DNA of 64,000 nucleotides from the human T2T-CHM13v2.0 reference genome, Homo sapiens: the NCBI RefSeq assembly GCF_009914755.1, contig NC_060928.1; one strand, given 5' to 3'. Positions within the stretch are counted from its first letter, which is position 1. Every line of letters starts with the position of its first letter. The position numbers were made by a program, and so were the translations under genes. Below are positions 50,650 to 64,000 of this stretch, one piece after another. The notes beneath the pieces were generated by a model, which saw only the letters and a program-made list of their open reading frames with translations, ran no database searches and had not been told where the DNA came from.

Positions 50650-53600
50650 AAATTGCTCTTGGGAATCAAAGGGATTTTCTCAAGAGGAATTCAGGGAGTC
50701 CCCATAAAACAGATGATGAAATGATGCTAGGAAGATGAAATAAGCAAGTAGACAAAAGAATTCTGCTGCATTCATTAAAAAAAAGTTTCTATTATTGCAA
50801 AATTAGCATGATTTTTAGATATATCCTTCAGAAATATCTTCTTTGCAGCATATTAAAAATTAATAATATCAAAATCATTAATATCTGAGCCATTTATTTT
50901 TTAAATAACATCAATTTAAGAATTACTAAAAATATATTTTATCAATTTTGTTATATATTTTATTGATGGTTTTTGATACCAACTTGAGTGTTTCTTTAAC
51001 CCAAAAGGCTTGACCTCTCTATGATATAAAGTTTCATCAAAAGTACTATTACAATGTCAGACTCAGCTTTCAAGGTAGTAATATTAGACTAATCTTTAAG
51101 AAGCTTCAAATTATTTTTATTAGTTTTATTGATTTTGATGTCCTGTGTTGCTTATAACCCAGGATTCCCTTGAGTTGTAAAAAATGTTAGTGATCAATAT
51201 TAAATATCACTATAAGAATGATATATTTATTTTTTTTGTTTAGAATCATTTGGATCTTCCAATTAAATAAACTCTTTGAAAGAATTGTACCTCCTATACA
51301 TTTAAAAATCAATTACCACTTACTACTCATTTAATAATTGTGTTTGTAGTCCTGCACGAATATTTTGCTATTGTTACAAGAAATCTTATCTGTATAAATT
51401 GGACCATTCAAAAAGGTTATTATAGGTTTGGATCCGTGTAAATAATCAGTAAAATTTTTCCCTATTAGATATTTTAATGCTAGATAACATCAATTTCCCC
51501 TTGGGCCCTTATCCTAATTTTTATAATGTGCTTTTTTCTTCATTCTGTGACTTTTAAGCTCTTTTATACAACATTTACTTAACATTATTTGCTACTTTTT
51601 TTCTTCAAATTGTGGAAGAAATTTTCTTTCACAGTAAAAAGGACTAATCTATCTCCTTCTTACAGATTGGGGTCAGTAGGAGAGTGTTATTACGATTAGT
51701 CTTCTGAAAACACCACTTTAAAAATCAGGGTTTTTTTAAAAAAGTTATTTTCCTTTTACAGAGTTCAAAGTAGGAGTAGTACCATCCTCTGATTGCTAGG
51801 TTAACTGTTTTAGTCACCTTATATCCATTATCCTCTTAAGGACTAGATTTTTAAACAACTTTACTAGTATGCCTGCTGTGTAAAGCCTTTTTCTTCTTTT
51901 GAATTTGATTCTGAAGGCATATCTTGAGTTTCAACACTGAACAATGGGCACTTGATGGTGGGAGCAGATAATAGTGTCCTGGAAAGATTTTGGGGACTTT
52001 ACCATGTCTCTCTGAGTAGCCTTTAACTTAGCACCAGAGAAAAAAAATTCAGAGAGGAAACAGATAAAGAAATAAAAGGTGGAAGGGAAGATGAAATGAT
52101 GCAGAAAATGAGCAGAATAAATTCACCATTACCAAAGTTTCCCAAATTTACAATTTGTTAAAGCATTGTTATTCATATATATTTTGCTTTTCTCAGCATA
52201 TACATATGCTCCTTAGATAAGACATGATTACTAATTGTTACAATTATTGTCAAGTTCTTCATAATCATGGTTTTGTATAACAGTTTCATAGTTACTTCTA
52301 AGTGGACTTTGTTCAGGTTTTATGAATTTGAGATATTATCCTTTTACTTATATTGAAATTATTTATGGCATATCCAAAATTTCATTGTAGAAGTTTGGGT
52401 AACAAAAGGTTTTTACTATAACTGACTTTGATGATTGTTTTTCTCAGCCACTTATTTCACTGTCAAATTTAATTTCATTGTCAGCTTATTTTTGCTACAC
52501 AAAAATGATCAGTGTTTGTTTGTTTATTGTTTTAAGGCAACTGAAAGTGTGCTATCATCCAAGGAGCAGGGGGAGCACACACAAGAAAATAAACATTAAA
52601 AAAAGTGAGGGTAATAATTGTTTATTTGTGCTCCATAATTCTCTTGAGAAATGCTTGCTGCCTTAAAGACCAGGTTTACTGTTGGAATCTTCCACTTCCT
52701 TTGACAATGCCCGGGTTACACACTTAAGAACATATCTGATAGTGAGCATTATAATGCTACTGCTTACAGGTTACTGCAGAAAGGCTGTTGATTAATGGCT
52801 ACTGAGTGTCATATCTTTCCAACTTCATTGATGAATAACCTAGGAGGTTGTAGCCCAGAAACACTGATTCAGGACAGGAAAACGTCTAAGACTTAACACC
52901 TGCTACTCTGCTCTTCTTACTCGAAGGTGATAAATCATTCAATAAAACTTTACACTGATAGAATGGTGAACTGCCAATGATTCAACTAAACCAAAAAAAC
53001 CTGCTGACCCCACCTCTCCAGCATATACTGCATGTCCTCCCCCATCATCACCCCTTCCATGGTCACAATAGAATTTAGTAAATTTATTTTATTTTCTCGC
53101 CATAGTTTCTGAAATCCTTGATTTAATAAAATTGGAGTCTGGGAACTCTGTCTGTAAATACAGGAAGGACAAAATAAAAACGTATTCTCTTGTTCCTTTT
53201 AACACAAAATAAAATATTTTTGAAAACAGTATTGGCTGGAAATTTAAACTGTATCACAAAAATTGCAGGTGTCACCATTAGAAGGGAAATAAAAACAAAT
53301 TGAGGCAAACTAAAGTGGAAAAAAATAAAAAAAATCAAGGTTTTAATTTTGATGTGCAAAATTAAAGGCCTGAGGAATAAAAATAGATTTTGATCAACCT
53401 CAGGCAGTGTACTTTGTGCTTTTTAAAAGCAGCCATGTTTCCTTGAGATCTGTGAGAATCATACAAATTTGGTAATTTTTCTGTATGTAAGAGAAAAGTA
53501 GCAAAACATAATTCTTCAACTATTGCATCTGCAGATTTCTTTACTATCAAAAAAGCTGCATATATAATTTTAGAAACATTTCTTAACCTTTATCTTGTCA

Positions 53601-53663
53601 AAGTAGATATGCTAGCACTAACAGTCACTCAACCAGTAGAAACAGATTGATGTAAGGCAAAGC

Positions 53664-53824
53664 CAGTGGTTCACAATCCTGTTTGTGTTCTAGAATCTCT
53701 TATGTTGCTTGGATTTCACCTTTTGAGAAGCTTATTCTGTGTGTCTGCTTTTGGAGCTTATCTTCAGTAGTTTAATAAAACTTCATAAGTCAAGGTGATA
53801 AACAGCTAAATTTGAGAACCACTA
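53664..53824. mobile_element. MER5-like hAT-Charlie MITE
   Basis: Terminal inverted repeats cagtggttcacaa and tttgagaaccacta about 160 bp apart. Confidence 0.65.
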
Positions 53825-54091
53825 TAATATGCAGAAAATAAACTCGAATGATTATATTATTAACAGTCTAGTCCTTAGTTGTATATTCTTTTTATCTCTT
53901 GATGTATTGATGTATGAGATTCTCAATTAGAATTAATTAGCATTTCTCTTACATTTTAATAATATGTACTTAATCATGTATATAATGACAACCAAAATAG
54001 AGACAATATATATAAAACAAAACACATCTTTTTTTTTTGTTTTTTGTCTTTTAGTTTTTTGTTTATCCCTCTCGTTCTCTTAAGAACTTCA

Positions 54092-54412
<321 letters not shown>

Positions 54413-55074
54413 TCATGAAAAAGTTGCAGATTTCAGGCATAACTGAATATTCCAATCTTCATTGATTACAGAACTTTCATGAAATTTTACTATCATAAAT
54501 ACCTATAGTTTTTACAATTTCTGACTGATTTGACTCCATAAAAAGAAAATGTAATAGCTTTATATTTTCTAAAATGTATGTTTTCATTTTCTAACTTTAG
54601 TTCGATAATTATTTTTATCTTGGAATAGAATGAAAAGAGTCAAGTATTCTGGGGTAAAACTTGAGGAATATTGTAAAGGATTTCCCACTGGACAGTTCTG
54701 ACACTACAAATAGATTTTCTCTAACATGTCAACTCTGTTAAATTGGTAGTGGCTGGCTTGTATACCCTATGGGGGTTGTTTTAAAACTGCATTAAGTTAA
54801 ATGTGCTTGATTGGTGAGGTCTGCCTCTGGCGTGCTAGAAGATAAAGCTGATGCCACAAATATGCATTTATAAATTCTAACCAAGGTATAGTTTCAAATA
54901 GAGTTTTATGGTCAATCTACATTCAAATTCAATTCACATTGCTAGAAATTGGATATTAAATCTGATTATTCCTTGGAAAATGCTATGTTTAGGGGAGGGG
55001 GAGATCAGTGAGTATGTTCTGTTTTTCTGGTATCTTCATAGGAATCATTTTTTTCTCTATTAAAATACAATTTA

Positions 55075-55366
55075 GGTTGGGTGTGTTGGCTCACAACTGT
55101 AATCACAGCACTTAGGGAGGCTGAGGCAGGAGGATCCCTTGAGCTCAGGGGTTCAAGACCAGGCTGGGCAACATAGGGAGACCTTGTCTCTACTAAAATC
55201 CAAAACATTAGCCAGGTGGGGTGGCAAATGCCTGTAGTCCTAGCTACTTGCAGGGCGCTGAAGTGCAAGAATTTATTGAGCCTGGGAAATAGAGACTGCA
55301 GTGAACTCTGATGGCATCACTGTATGACAGTGCAGACTGGGCCACAGACGGATACCCTGACTCAAA
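55075..55366 (+). mobile_element. AluJ (diverged), tail converted to (TA)n
   Basis: gaggatcccttgagctcagg; gggcaacataggga. Confidence 0.9.
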
Positions 55367-55412
55367 TATATATATATATAAACATATATAAAGTTTTTAT
55401 TAAAATATGTGT

Positions 55413-55797
<385 letters not shown>

Positions 55798-56240
55798 TTA
55801 TAACTATTCCGATTATCTGCCTTCCAGCCATATATCTTGCTCAGTCACAGACAGTTAACCTAAACCATAGTGATAAGAAGGCTTTTTTGGATATTGTTTC
55901 CAGAGCATTTTTTCTCATGTGATTACTAAGTTTGTGAAATCATGAATATGGAATTTCTACAACATATTTATGTCACTGACTCATAATTAAACTATCAGAG
56001 GAAAAAGAAAGGGAAGAAATGTGAAATCTAATGTGAAAAATATTTTGGAACAATAATTTAAAACCTAAAGTAAATGGAATCATTTCTTTGGAATCACTTG
56101 AACCCATAATTTTTTATTCTCAAACTATTTATTATCATCTTCAGGTTATTTGTATAAAACCATATGAAACTATCATGATCTCTGATCTTTGTATTGTGGA
56201 CTATGAAACATATAATCCCATGAATTAAAAGACAGAATAA

Positions 56241-56523
<283 letters not shown>

Positions 56524-56744
56524 TTAACTTCAAGAATATAAAATTCAAGTGAAAGGTTCTTGAATTCTGTGAGCAATTTTCTAATTCCTGAAGACTGCTT
56601 GATGCTTTGTTTTAGGTATTTCCCAAGAAATGCATACTTCTTCAATTCCTATAAAGTTACTGTTAATACACTGAAATTTTACCCATATTATGCAAAATAG
56701 AGGCCTGATTCTCCCAGCACATTTTAGAAAAGATATGACTGATA

Positions 56745-57541
56745 TCTAAAGTAAATGGATCATTCACAAATTTCTGAGAAGGATGTAAAATAGCACAGCT
56801 ATTTTGGAAAAAAAGGTATGAGTTTCCTTCCAAACTATCTCTGTTTACCAAATGACCCAGCAATTGCACTATTGGGTATTTATCCTACAGAAATAAAAAC
56901 TTAGGTTCACACAAAATCTATAAATATTCATAGCATCTTTATTTCATAGTAGTCAAAATCAATATAAAAAAGTCCTTCAATAGGTGAATGCTTAAACAAA
57001 CTGGTAAATTCACAACAGTGAATATTATTCATCAGTAAATAAAGAACAAACTATTGATACATATACAACTTGGATAGACCTCAAGGGAAATGTACTTAGT
57101 GAAAAAAGCCAATCTCAAAGGTAATATACTGTGTGATTTCATTTGTAGAACATTTTTAAACTGACAAAATTATAGAGGTAAAGAAAAAATTACTAGCTGC
57201 CAGAGATTAGTACTAGCAGAGGTGAGGAAAAGTCTGTGGCTGTAAGTGGATAGCACAAGAGATTCCTACCAGACACAGAACTATTCTGTGTCTTGTCTGT
57301 GGTGATGTTCCTATAAATTGACACATAAAATTGCATAGGATTATACACACATGCAGGCACACCACATAATGTCATATAAAATTGAATAAAGATGGCAGAT
57401 AGTAGTCAATTGCCTATTTGAAATATCGTACTGTAGTTCTGCAAGATGTTACCATTAAGAAAAACTGGGTGAAGGTACAAGAAATATCTCTCGGTTATTT
57501 CTTATAACTTCAGGTTAATCTAAAATTATCTCAATAAAAGT
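56745..57541 (+). mobile_element. L1MD-like 3' end
   Basis: gacccagcaattgcactattgggtatttatcc...aaaagccaatctcaaaggt...gcaagatgttaccatt...ctgggtgaaggtaca. Confidence 0.85.
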
Positions 57542-57742
57542 TTGAGTAATATGAATTTTAGAAAGCAAAAAAGAGCTCTTTAAAGGCTTATTTATGACAT
57601 TAAAAAAGTCTTACTCTATAGCTGCCCACCTACTCATAAATTTTGTAGCTTATTGCAGTAACAGCAACTACAAGAACTGTAAAATATTGTTGTAAAATAT
57701 ATGAGTTATTTGCAACAGTCCATTAGCCAGGCTATTTGATTT

Positions 57743-58131
57743 TGTGGTAGATTAGATTATTGTCTCATATTTATTTATTTTTTTCCAGCACACCTCCATG
57801 TACTTTGGCCTTGACACTTTCCCCGGCAAATGTGTTGATTAAAGAAATGTGAAGAGAGGCTTGAAATGGAGCTGCATGGTTGGGCTTCCCTGTTCTGTTC
57901 TGTCTCTATAATGAGATGGGCATGCTCTAAGAAACCTATTGGTCTCCCAGAATGAGAAATACAAAAAATAGACCTGAACCCAACCTGTGGTAAAGAATTG
58001 ATAGCTGCCTTAGATCAGTTGAACTCCAGCCAAACCCACATAAGAGTGAGAAATAAAAGCTTAATTTGCAATCCACTGCTTTTAGAATGGTTTGTTATAC
58101 AATGCTATTGTGGCTATAGTTGACTAATACA
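57743..58131 (+). mobile_element. MLT1I-like MaLR LTR
   Basis: Termini tgtggtagattag and tagttgactaataca; internal gacctgaacccaacctg and gagaaataaa. Confidence 0.75.
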
Positions 58132-59039
58132 GAAGAAATAATGATAATAGATTTCAAAGTACTCTTACTGAGATTATGATTCAGGTAGATCAAAATATAG
58201 TATAGAAGCCTATATCACAATTGACAATTACCCAAACATCTGCCTTCTCAGAGTTAAACCTGACATAATTTAAATTAAGTGCAGATCTTGATACACTTTA
58301 TTTTTGTCTCATGCCCTGTAATGTTGCATTTTCTTCCATTTCCAACTTTATAGGGTTTTTAAAAATCTTGATAAATGGCTACATTTTGAAAGTAATTTTT
58401 AATTGAAAGGGGATGAGTGGTAAGTAGAATAACAACCTCTCCACTCAACAATTTGATCTTAATTTGTCCACTGACATACATGTCATGAAAACAATAGCTT
58501 TGTCACTTTTGTTTAGTGCAGTGTCACCAGTACCTAAGAATTTAATAAATATAAATATGCATTGAATCAGTATTCAGTCTCTAGTTTTTTGTTCCCCTAT
58601 TAGTATGTTTACTGAGTTGTTTTGAGAATTTTACTCCAAGCTTCTCTATTACTGATTAAAACTATCTGCATTTTCTGGAAACTTTTTTAAAAATGTAATT
58701 GTTCTACCTTGTATAATCACCTATAATTTCTCTCAATTTTTACTTGAAAGAAAAGTATTTTTTTCTATGAACTGGAATGATTTTTCCTATCAAACAAAAA
58801 AACTTAACATTTCTCTATTTTGTATTGACTTCCAGAAGTAGTCCAATTTAATGGTCAGTAATTGTAACTCTGTAGTGCTACTGTGTATAAAAAGCTTAGC
58901 TCCATTACCTAATTTATTTTAACTAAATGCAGTAAAATATTTTTTCTCCTCAGTAAAAATAACTACTTGCAAATAAATAAAAATCTTTAATTATTAAACT
59001 TTCTGAAAAAGTTGTTTCTGAATGCACTGTTATTAGACT

Positions 59040-60220
59040 TCTAAGAACTACTTTTGATGACTTACACTGTGCTTCAGGAACTGTGCTAGTCTCTGAATGA
59101 GTGCATCAATGTCATGCAACTTATCTTCTTCGGGGCAAACTAGAATATAATATCTAATTTACAAATAAGTGATTATGTGATTTTTAAAAAGAGTAAAATG
59201 CTCTTGGGTGTTTTGAATGGGGAGGGCATTAGCATGGTCAGACTTGGATAGGATATGATAAGTCAAGACTGGATCCAGGAAAAATAACTCACGAAAGGAG
59301 TTACAGCCTTCTGAGCAGACGTAGCAGAATATAGGAAGCCTCAAAGATAAGAAAGAGCATTGGTTGCTCAAAGAATTGCAAAAGGAAACCTGGACACCTG
59401 CATACTAAGCCAAAGAGAATACTGTTTGAGGTAAGGTTAGAACAGTAAACAGAAATTGAATCATGTAAGCCCTGCTAAGGGTCTGTTTTAATTCCATGTA
59501 CAATGCAAATCCATTGAAGGTGTTTAAGCAAAGGAATTATATCATCCTATTTATGGTTTCTTAAAATGACTGTCTGCCTTGGGGAAAAACGATTGTATTA
59601 CAGTGTTCAGAGGCATTTGAATCAGAGCACTTCCATCTTAAATAGGGACTGGATAAAATAAGGCTGAGACCTACTGGGCTGCATTCCCAGACGTTAGACA
59701 TTCTAAGTCACAGGATGAAATAGGAAGTTGGCACAAGATACAGGTCATAAAGACTTTGCTAATAAATCAGATTGCCTTAAAGAAACCAGCTAAAGCCCAC
59801 TAAAACCAAGATGGCAATGAGAGTGACGTCTGATCATCCTCACTGCTACATTCCCACCTCACTAGGACAGTTTACAAATGCTATGGCAAAATCAGAAAGT
59901 TACCCCATATGGTCTAAAAAAAAGAGGCATAAATAATCCACCCCTTGTTTAGCAAATAATCAAGAAATAACCATAAAAATGGGCAATCAGCAGCCCTCAA
60001 GTCTGGTCAACCTATGGAGCAGTCATTCCTTTATTTCTTTACTTTCTTAATAAACATGCTTTCACTTTATGAACTCACCTCAAATTCTTTCTTGAGTGAG
60101 ATTCATAAACCGTCTCAGGATCTGGATCGGGACCCCTCTCCGGTAACAACAGTAGGTAGGAAACTACCACCATCACCCAATTGAGAAGTGGTGATGATCT
60201 GAACAAGGCTGATGGAAGAA
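59040..60220 (-). mobile_element. L2 fragment interrupted by MER41A
   Basis: ccattgaaggtgtttaagcaaagg...ttaaaatgac before the LTR and gagaagtggtgatgatctgaacaagg after it. Confidence 0.6.
59604..60148 (+). mobile_element. MER41A solo LTR (ERV1)
   Basis: tgttcagaggcatttgaatcagagc...ggatcgggacccctctccggtaaca, with a perfect 4-bp TSD acag (59600-59603 and 60149-60152). Confidence 0.93.
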
Positions 60221-61453
60221 GAAAATTTTAGTTCATAAAATGTGACCTTGAATAAGCATAATATAAATAACACTAAACTCTTAATTTGCATATTTATATT
60301 AATCTATGAAGTTAAAGTTTTGAAAATAGATTATTTTAATTAATTTTAATATGTACTTAAAAATAAATTCCTGCAGATTTTCCCCCACAAATTATGATAA
60401 TAATGCAAAACTCTAGTTCAATTAAGTTCAAAACGATTAACAGAAAATTTCAATTGGTAGACCTCAAGTTAATGCATAAGGCATTAAAGACACAATGATT
60501 GATATTGGATATTAATGGTATTCACTTGATAATGCTGGTATAATGAAGGCTTTGAATTTTATCTCTGGCAACTTTAAATAAAATTCCAATTCAAGAATTA
60601 TTGGCAAAATATGCTGTAGACAGATACAGTAGCACCTACATTTAAAATGAAAATTTAAATTAAAAGTATTGATATTGTTTTTAAGCTTTCTCAAATTTAT
60701 CTAAAATAAGGAATAAAGAATATAACTTAATACTGTTTTAGAAAACATTTATAATTCAGACTTAAGTGATATTTTTGCCTCCGGATTTAGAAATAGAGAT
60801 ACTGGTTGATAGTAAGTGGCTGGATTTAACTAAAATGTTTTAAACTATGGCTTCCATTTAGTGAACAAAACATTATGATAAATAGCCCTTACAGTTTAGT
60901 CTGATAGACTGATTTTATTAGTTATAAATTAGAAAGTAAGTGTGGAGATCATTAATTAACAAGCTCTAATAAAGGGACTCTTAAGCAAAATTTCTACATA
61001 ATTTAAGTTTAAATTTCAGTTTTTTTCCTATAGGGTAAAAATGATTTAACTTGGTCTGAAACCTAAACCTCAGGGCTTTTTCTAGTAGAGTGGAATAGTT
61101 GAAGAATTTTACATTTATTATATCCTCAAGATGGAAAGAAATGTCTTAAAAAATACATTCCCACTGCGACCACATTTAAGCTCTGTCACCCTTAACAGTC
61201 AAATTTGTAATGTGAGAAATAAGTGAGCTATCATAACTAGCTAAATTTCCTTAGAACATATCTATTACCAATTTTAACAACTAGATGGATACAGACTTGC
61301 TGTTTTCAATATGATCTTGTCTAATTTGAAGTTTATGGTTATTTCTTAAGGGTACATATTCTTTTTTATGTAACAAATATACTTGCTCTTTGGAAAAAAA
61401 ATATAATTTCTTGTGGGGCCTTTGAATATATATAGAAACACTCAAGATGGGTT

Positions 61454-61750
61454 CATAAATCAAAAATAAAATCCTGTGGCTCCCAAATTGATTGAATGAA
61501 CACTCCATAGGCCATGGGGATCCCAGAGAAACCTGAAAAACTGAATTCCATGCCACAAGGGAAGCAAAGTCAGCCATACTTCCTTGTACTCCCCTGTTTT
61601 GGAGTTTAAGTACAGCTGACCAGCATTAATGTTAAAACAGAGATCATAAAGCTGACAAAACATACTCTGTGGCAATAAAATACCAAATTATAAAGAAGAC
61701 CTAAGACCATGCAAGCCAGGGTTAAGTTACACAGTACAAACCATAAAATC
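61454..61750 (+). mobile_element. MER4D-like LTR, 5' portion
   Basis: aaatcaaaaataaaatcc...ctgaccagcattaatgttaaaacagagatc...ataccaaattataa...ccataaaatc. Confidence 0.8.
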
Positions 61751-62564
61751 TTTTTTTTTTGACCTCTGAACTTTTTATTGGCCTCCTGCTCCCCAAAGGG
61801 TACCCTGCTTCTGCTGGCTTAATGTCTCAGAACTTTGGTGTCATTGGTCTCACACCCCACTTTGCTGTCCACTATCTGATGGGTGGTGGTCTTTGGATGG
61901 TTTGCATAGAGTTGCTGCTGTCCAGGGCATCACCAAAATTAAAGTCCTCACTGTCTTCCAGCAGGTGGCGGTAGGTGGCGATCTCAGCCTCCTCCAGCTT
62001 GACCTTGATGTTCAGCAGAACCTCGTACTCCCGGGCCTGGTGTTACCCCTCTGCTCCTGTCTGTGTCAGCTCCAACTCCAGGTGCAGCAGGATCCAGTTG
62101 AGAAGCTCCATCTGCAGAGCACAGGGGGCCTCCACCTCCCTCAGACTGGTCTCCAAGCTGGTCTTCAGATTTCTCATTGAGTCCAGGTTGATCTCCAAGG
62201 ACTGGACTGTAAGTCTCAGCTCTGTGAGCATCATCTCAACAGCTCCAACCTCAGCGGACTGCGTGGTGACCACTGTGGTGCTCTCTTCAATCTGCTGAGA
62301 CCAGTACTTGTCCAGCTCTTCTCAGGTCTTCTGAGTCACCTCGTCGTATTGGGCCAGGATGCCTGCCATGATCTTGGCAAGGTCCTGAGACTTGGGGGCA
62401 TCTACTTCCAGGGTCAACCCAGAGCCTGCAATCTGGGCTTGTAGGCCTTTTACTTCCCTTTCATGGTTCTTCAGAAAGAACAGCTCCTCTTTGAGAGCCT
62501 CGATCTCTGTCTCCAGGTACAGCCGAGAGACATTTCTGTCGTCAGTGACCCTGTGGAGCCCATG
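61751..62564 (-). pseudogene. KRT18P: Keratin 18 processed pseudogene, 3' half (about codon 183 to the end, plus 3' UTR and poly-A)
   Basis: Intronless. Translates to K18 coil 2 and tail (VTTQSAEVGA..LTELR.TVQSLEI.LDSMRNLK; EAEIATY). Native stop at 61819-61821, AATAAA at 61774-61779, A10 tail. Premature stops at 62322-62324 and 62043-62045, and a 1-nt deletion near 61892. Confidence 0.96.
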
Positions 62565-63340
62565 TGAGAGACAGGACTAGCTGGATTTCCTAAGCCGACT
62601 AAGAATCCCTAAGCCTAGCTGGGTGCGTGACTGCATCCACCTTTAAACATGGGGCTTGCAACTTAGCTCACACCCGACCAATCAGGTAGTAAAGAGAGCT
62701 CACTAAAATGATAATTAGGCAAAAACAGGAGGTAAAGAGATATCCAATCATCTATCGCCTGACAGCACAGTAGGAGGGACAATGATAGGGATATAAACCC
62801 AGGCATTCGAGCCGACAACAGCTACCCTCTTTTGGTTCCCACCCATTTTATGGGAGCTCTGTTTTCACTCTATTAAATCTTGCAACTGCACACTCTTCTG
62901 GTCCGTGTTTGTTACTGCTTGAGCTGAGCTTTTGCTCGCCATCCACCACTGCTGTTTGCCGCCGTCGCAGACCCGCCCCTGACTTCCATCCCTCTGGTTC
63001 CAGCAGGGTGTCCACTGTGCTACTGGTCCAGGGAGGCACCCATTGCCGCTCCCTGTCAGACTAAAGGCTTGCCATTGTTCCTGCATGTCTGAGTGCCCAG
63101 TTTCATCCTAATCGAGCCGAACATTAGTCACTAGTTTCCACGGTTCTCTTCCTTGACCCACGGCTTCTAATAGAGCTATAACACTCACCGCATGGCCCAA
63201 GATTCTATTCCTTGGAATCCGTGAGGCCAAGAACCCCAGGTCAGGGAACACGAGGCTTGCCACAATCTTCTAAGCAGCCCGCCGCCATCTTTGAAGCAGC
63301 CCCATCTTGGGAGCACTGGGAGCAAGGACCCCCGGTAACA
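62565..63340 (+). mobile_element. LTR17 (HERV-W) solo LTR, complete U3-R-U5
   Basis: Starts tgagagacaggactagctggatttcctaagccgactaagaatccctaagcctagctggg and ends agcaaggacccccggtaaca; no primer-binding site follows. Confidence 0.95.
62678..62877 (+). promoter_or_regulatory. LTR17 core signals: two CCAAT boxes, TATA box, ATTAAA poly-A signal
   Basis: ccaat at 62678-62682 and 62744-62748, tataaa at 62792-62797, attaaa at 62872-62877. Activity cannot be shown from sequence. Confidence 0.6.
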
Positions 63341-63554
63341 GTAACATTCATAGCTATTGGGTTGCCCTGATGATGTGAAGTGTTAACTAGGATCTCGGTC
63401 ATATTTCAAAGACTACTATTACTTCTAGAATCTTGTATTGCTTTAAGAACTTTGTTGCTTAGCAGTTCATTGAGCCAAGGAGTTTCTGCTAATTCAAGCT
63501 ATGCTGCTTCACTCTCTTGTTTCAAATATTCTTCCAGGAAAACCAGCTAGAACG

Positions 63555-64000
63555 TCACCGAGAAAGTCAACTCTTGTGTGGGAAATTTACATCTGTAGAG
63601 TCTCTTAGTACAACCAGCCAGGTCTTCCCTTTCTGAACTTTCCCCTGCATCTGGAGAGATTAACTAAAAGCCTGACACATTTAAAGTCTGAAAAGAGATA
63701 TTTCTCATCTATTCTGTCTGAAGGTCGCTACATATGAAGCTTCGTCTACATAACAAGAACCCTGGCCTCCACAACCCTCCCTATCTTAACTCAAGCATTT
63801 TTTTTTCTATTGATTTCAAGTATTTAGACAAAGCTTAACTCATTCAACCAATTGCCAGTCAGAAAAATCTGAATCTACCTATGACCTGTGAGCCTTCCAC
63901 TTCAATATATCCCACCACCTTAGGCCAAACAAATGTACACTTTACATGCATTGATTTGTAATTTTACCTGCAATTCTTGTCTCCCTAAAATGCATATGAC
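63555..64000 (+). mobile_element. MER4D-like LTR, 3' portion (runs off the window)
   Basis: ggaaatttacatctgtagag...ggagagattaacta...ctacataacaagaacc...caaccaattgcc...ctatgacctgt. Confidence 0.82.

Noticed and set aside
59604-60148. MER41 as an interferon-gamma/STAT1-inducible enhancer
   Set aside because: The sequence reads ggtctaaaaaaaagaggcataaataatcc, lacking the tandem GAS (TTCCGGGAA-like) segment of MER41B; this is the MER41A form.
61759-62580. Plus-strand ORFs of 62-107 aa and the 76-aa minus-strand keratin ORF as functional genes
   Set aside because: The plus ORFs are antisense shadows of the KRT18 coding frame, and the keratin frame is bounded by premature stops in a truncated retrocopy.

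Overview
AT-rich catarrhine primate (probably human or great ape) genomic DNA, either intergenic or a deep intron. I recognise no intact protein-coding gene, and almost every ORF in the track is a read-through of Alu, L1 or LTR sequence or a chance ORF. The window is mostly interspersed repeats: two near-full-length old L1s (L1MA2/3-like on minus, L1MA6-like on plus), several truncated L1s, about 12 Alus, L2 and MIR fragments, DNA-transposon fossils (MER82-like, Tigger3a, MER3, MER1B, MER5) and solo LTRs (MER50, MER41A, MER4D-like, LTR17/HERV-W, MLT1 types). There are two retrocopies: a full-length U6 snRNA pseudogene (6054-6156, minus) and a 3'-half KRT18 processed pseudogene (61751-62564, minus). 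I found no convincing new biological system. The most unusual signals are rearrangement scars: (1) a MER4D/KRT18P/LTR17/orphan-DNA composite with no target-site duplications (TSDs); (2) a three-arm chimeric Alu whose 69-bp unique flank is duplicated 1.8 kb away; and (3) several junctions with direct-plus-inverted templated filler DNA. Repeat subfamily names come from my recall of consensus sequences, not from an alignment, and boundaries of old elements are approximate.
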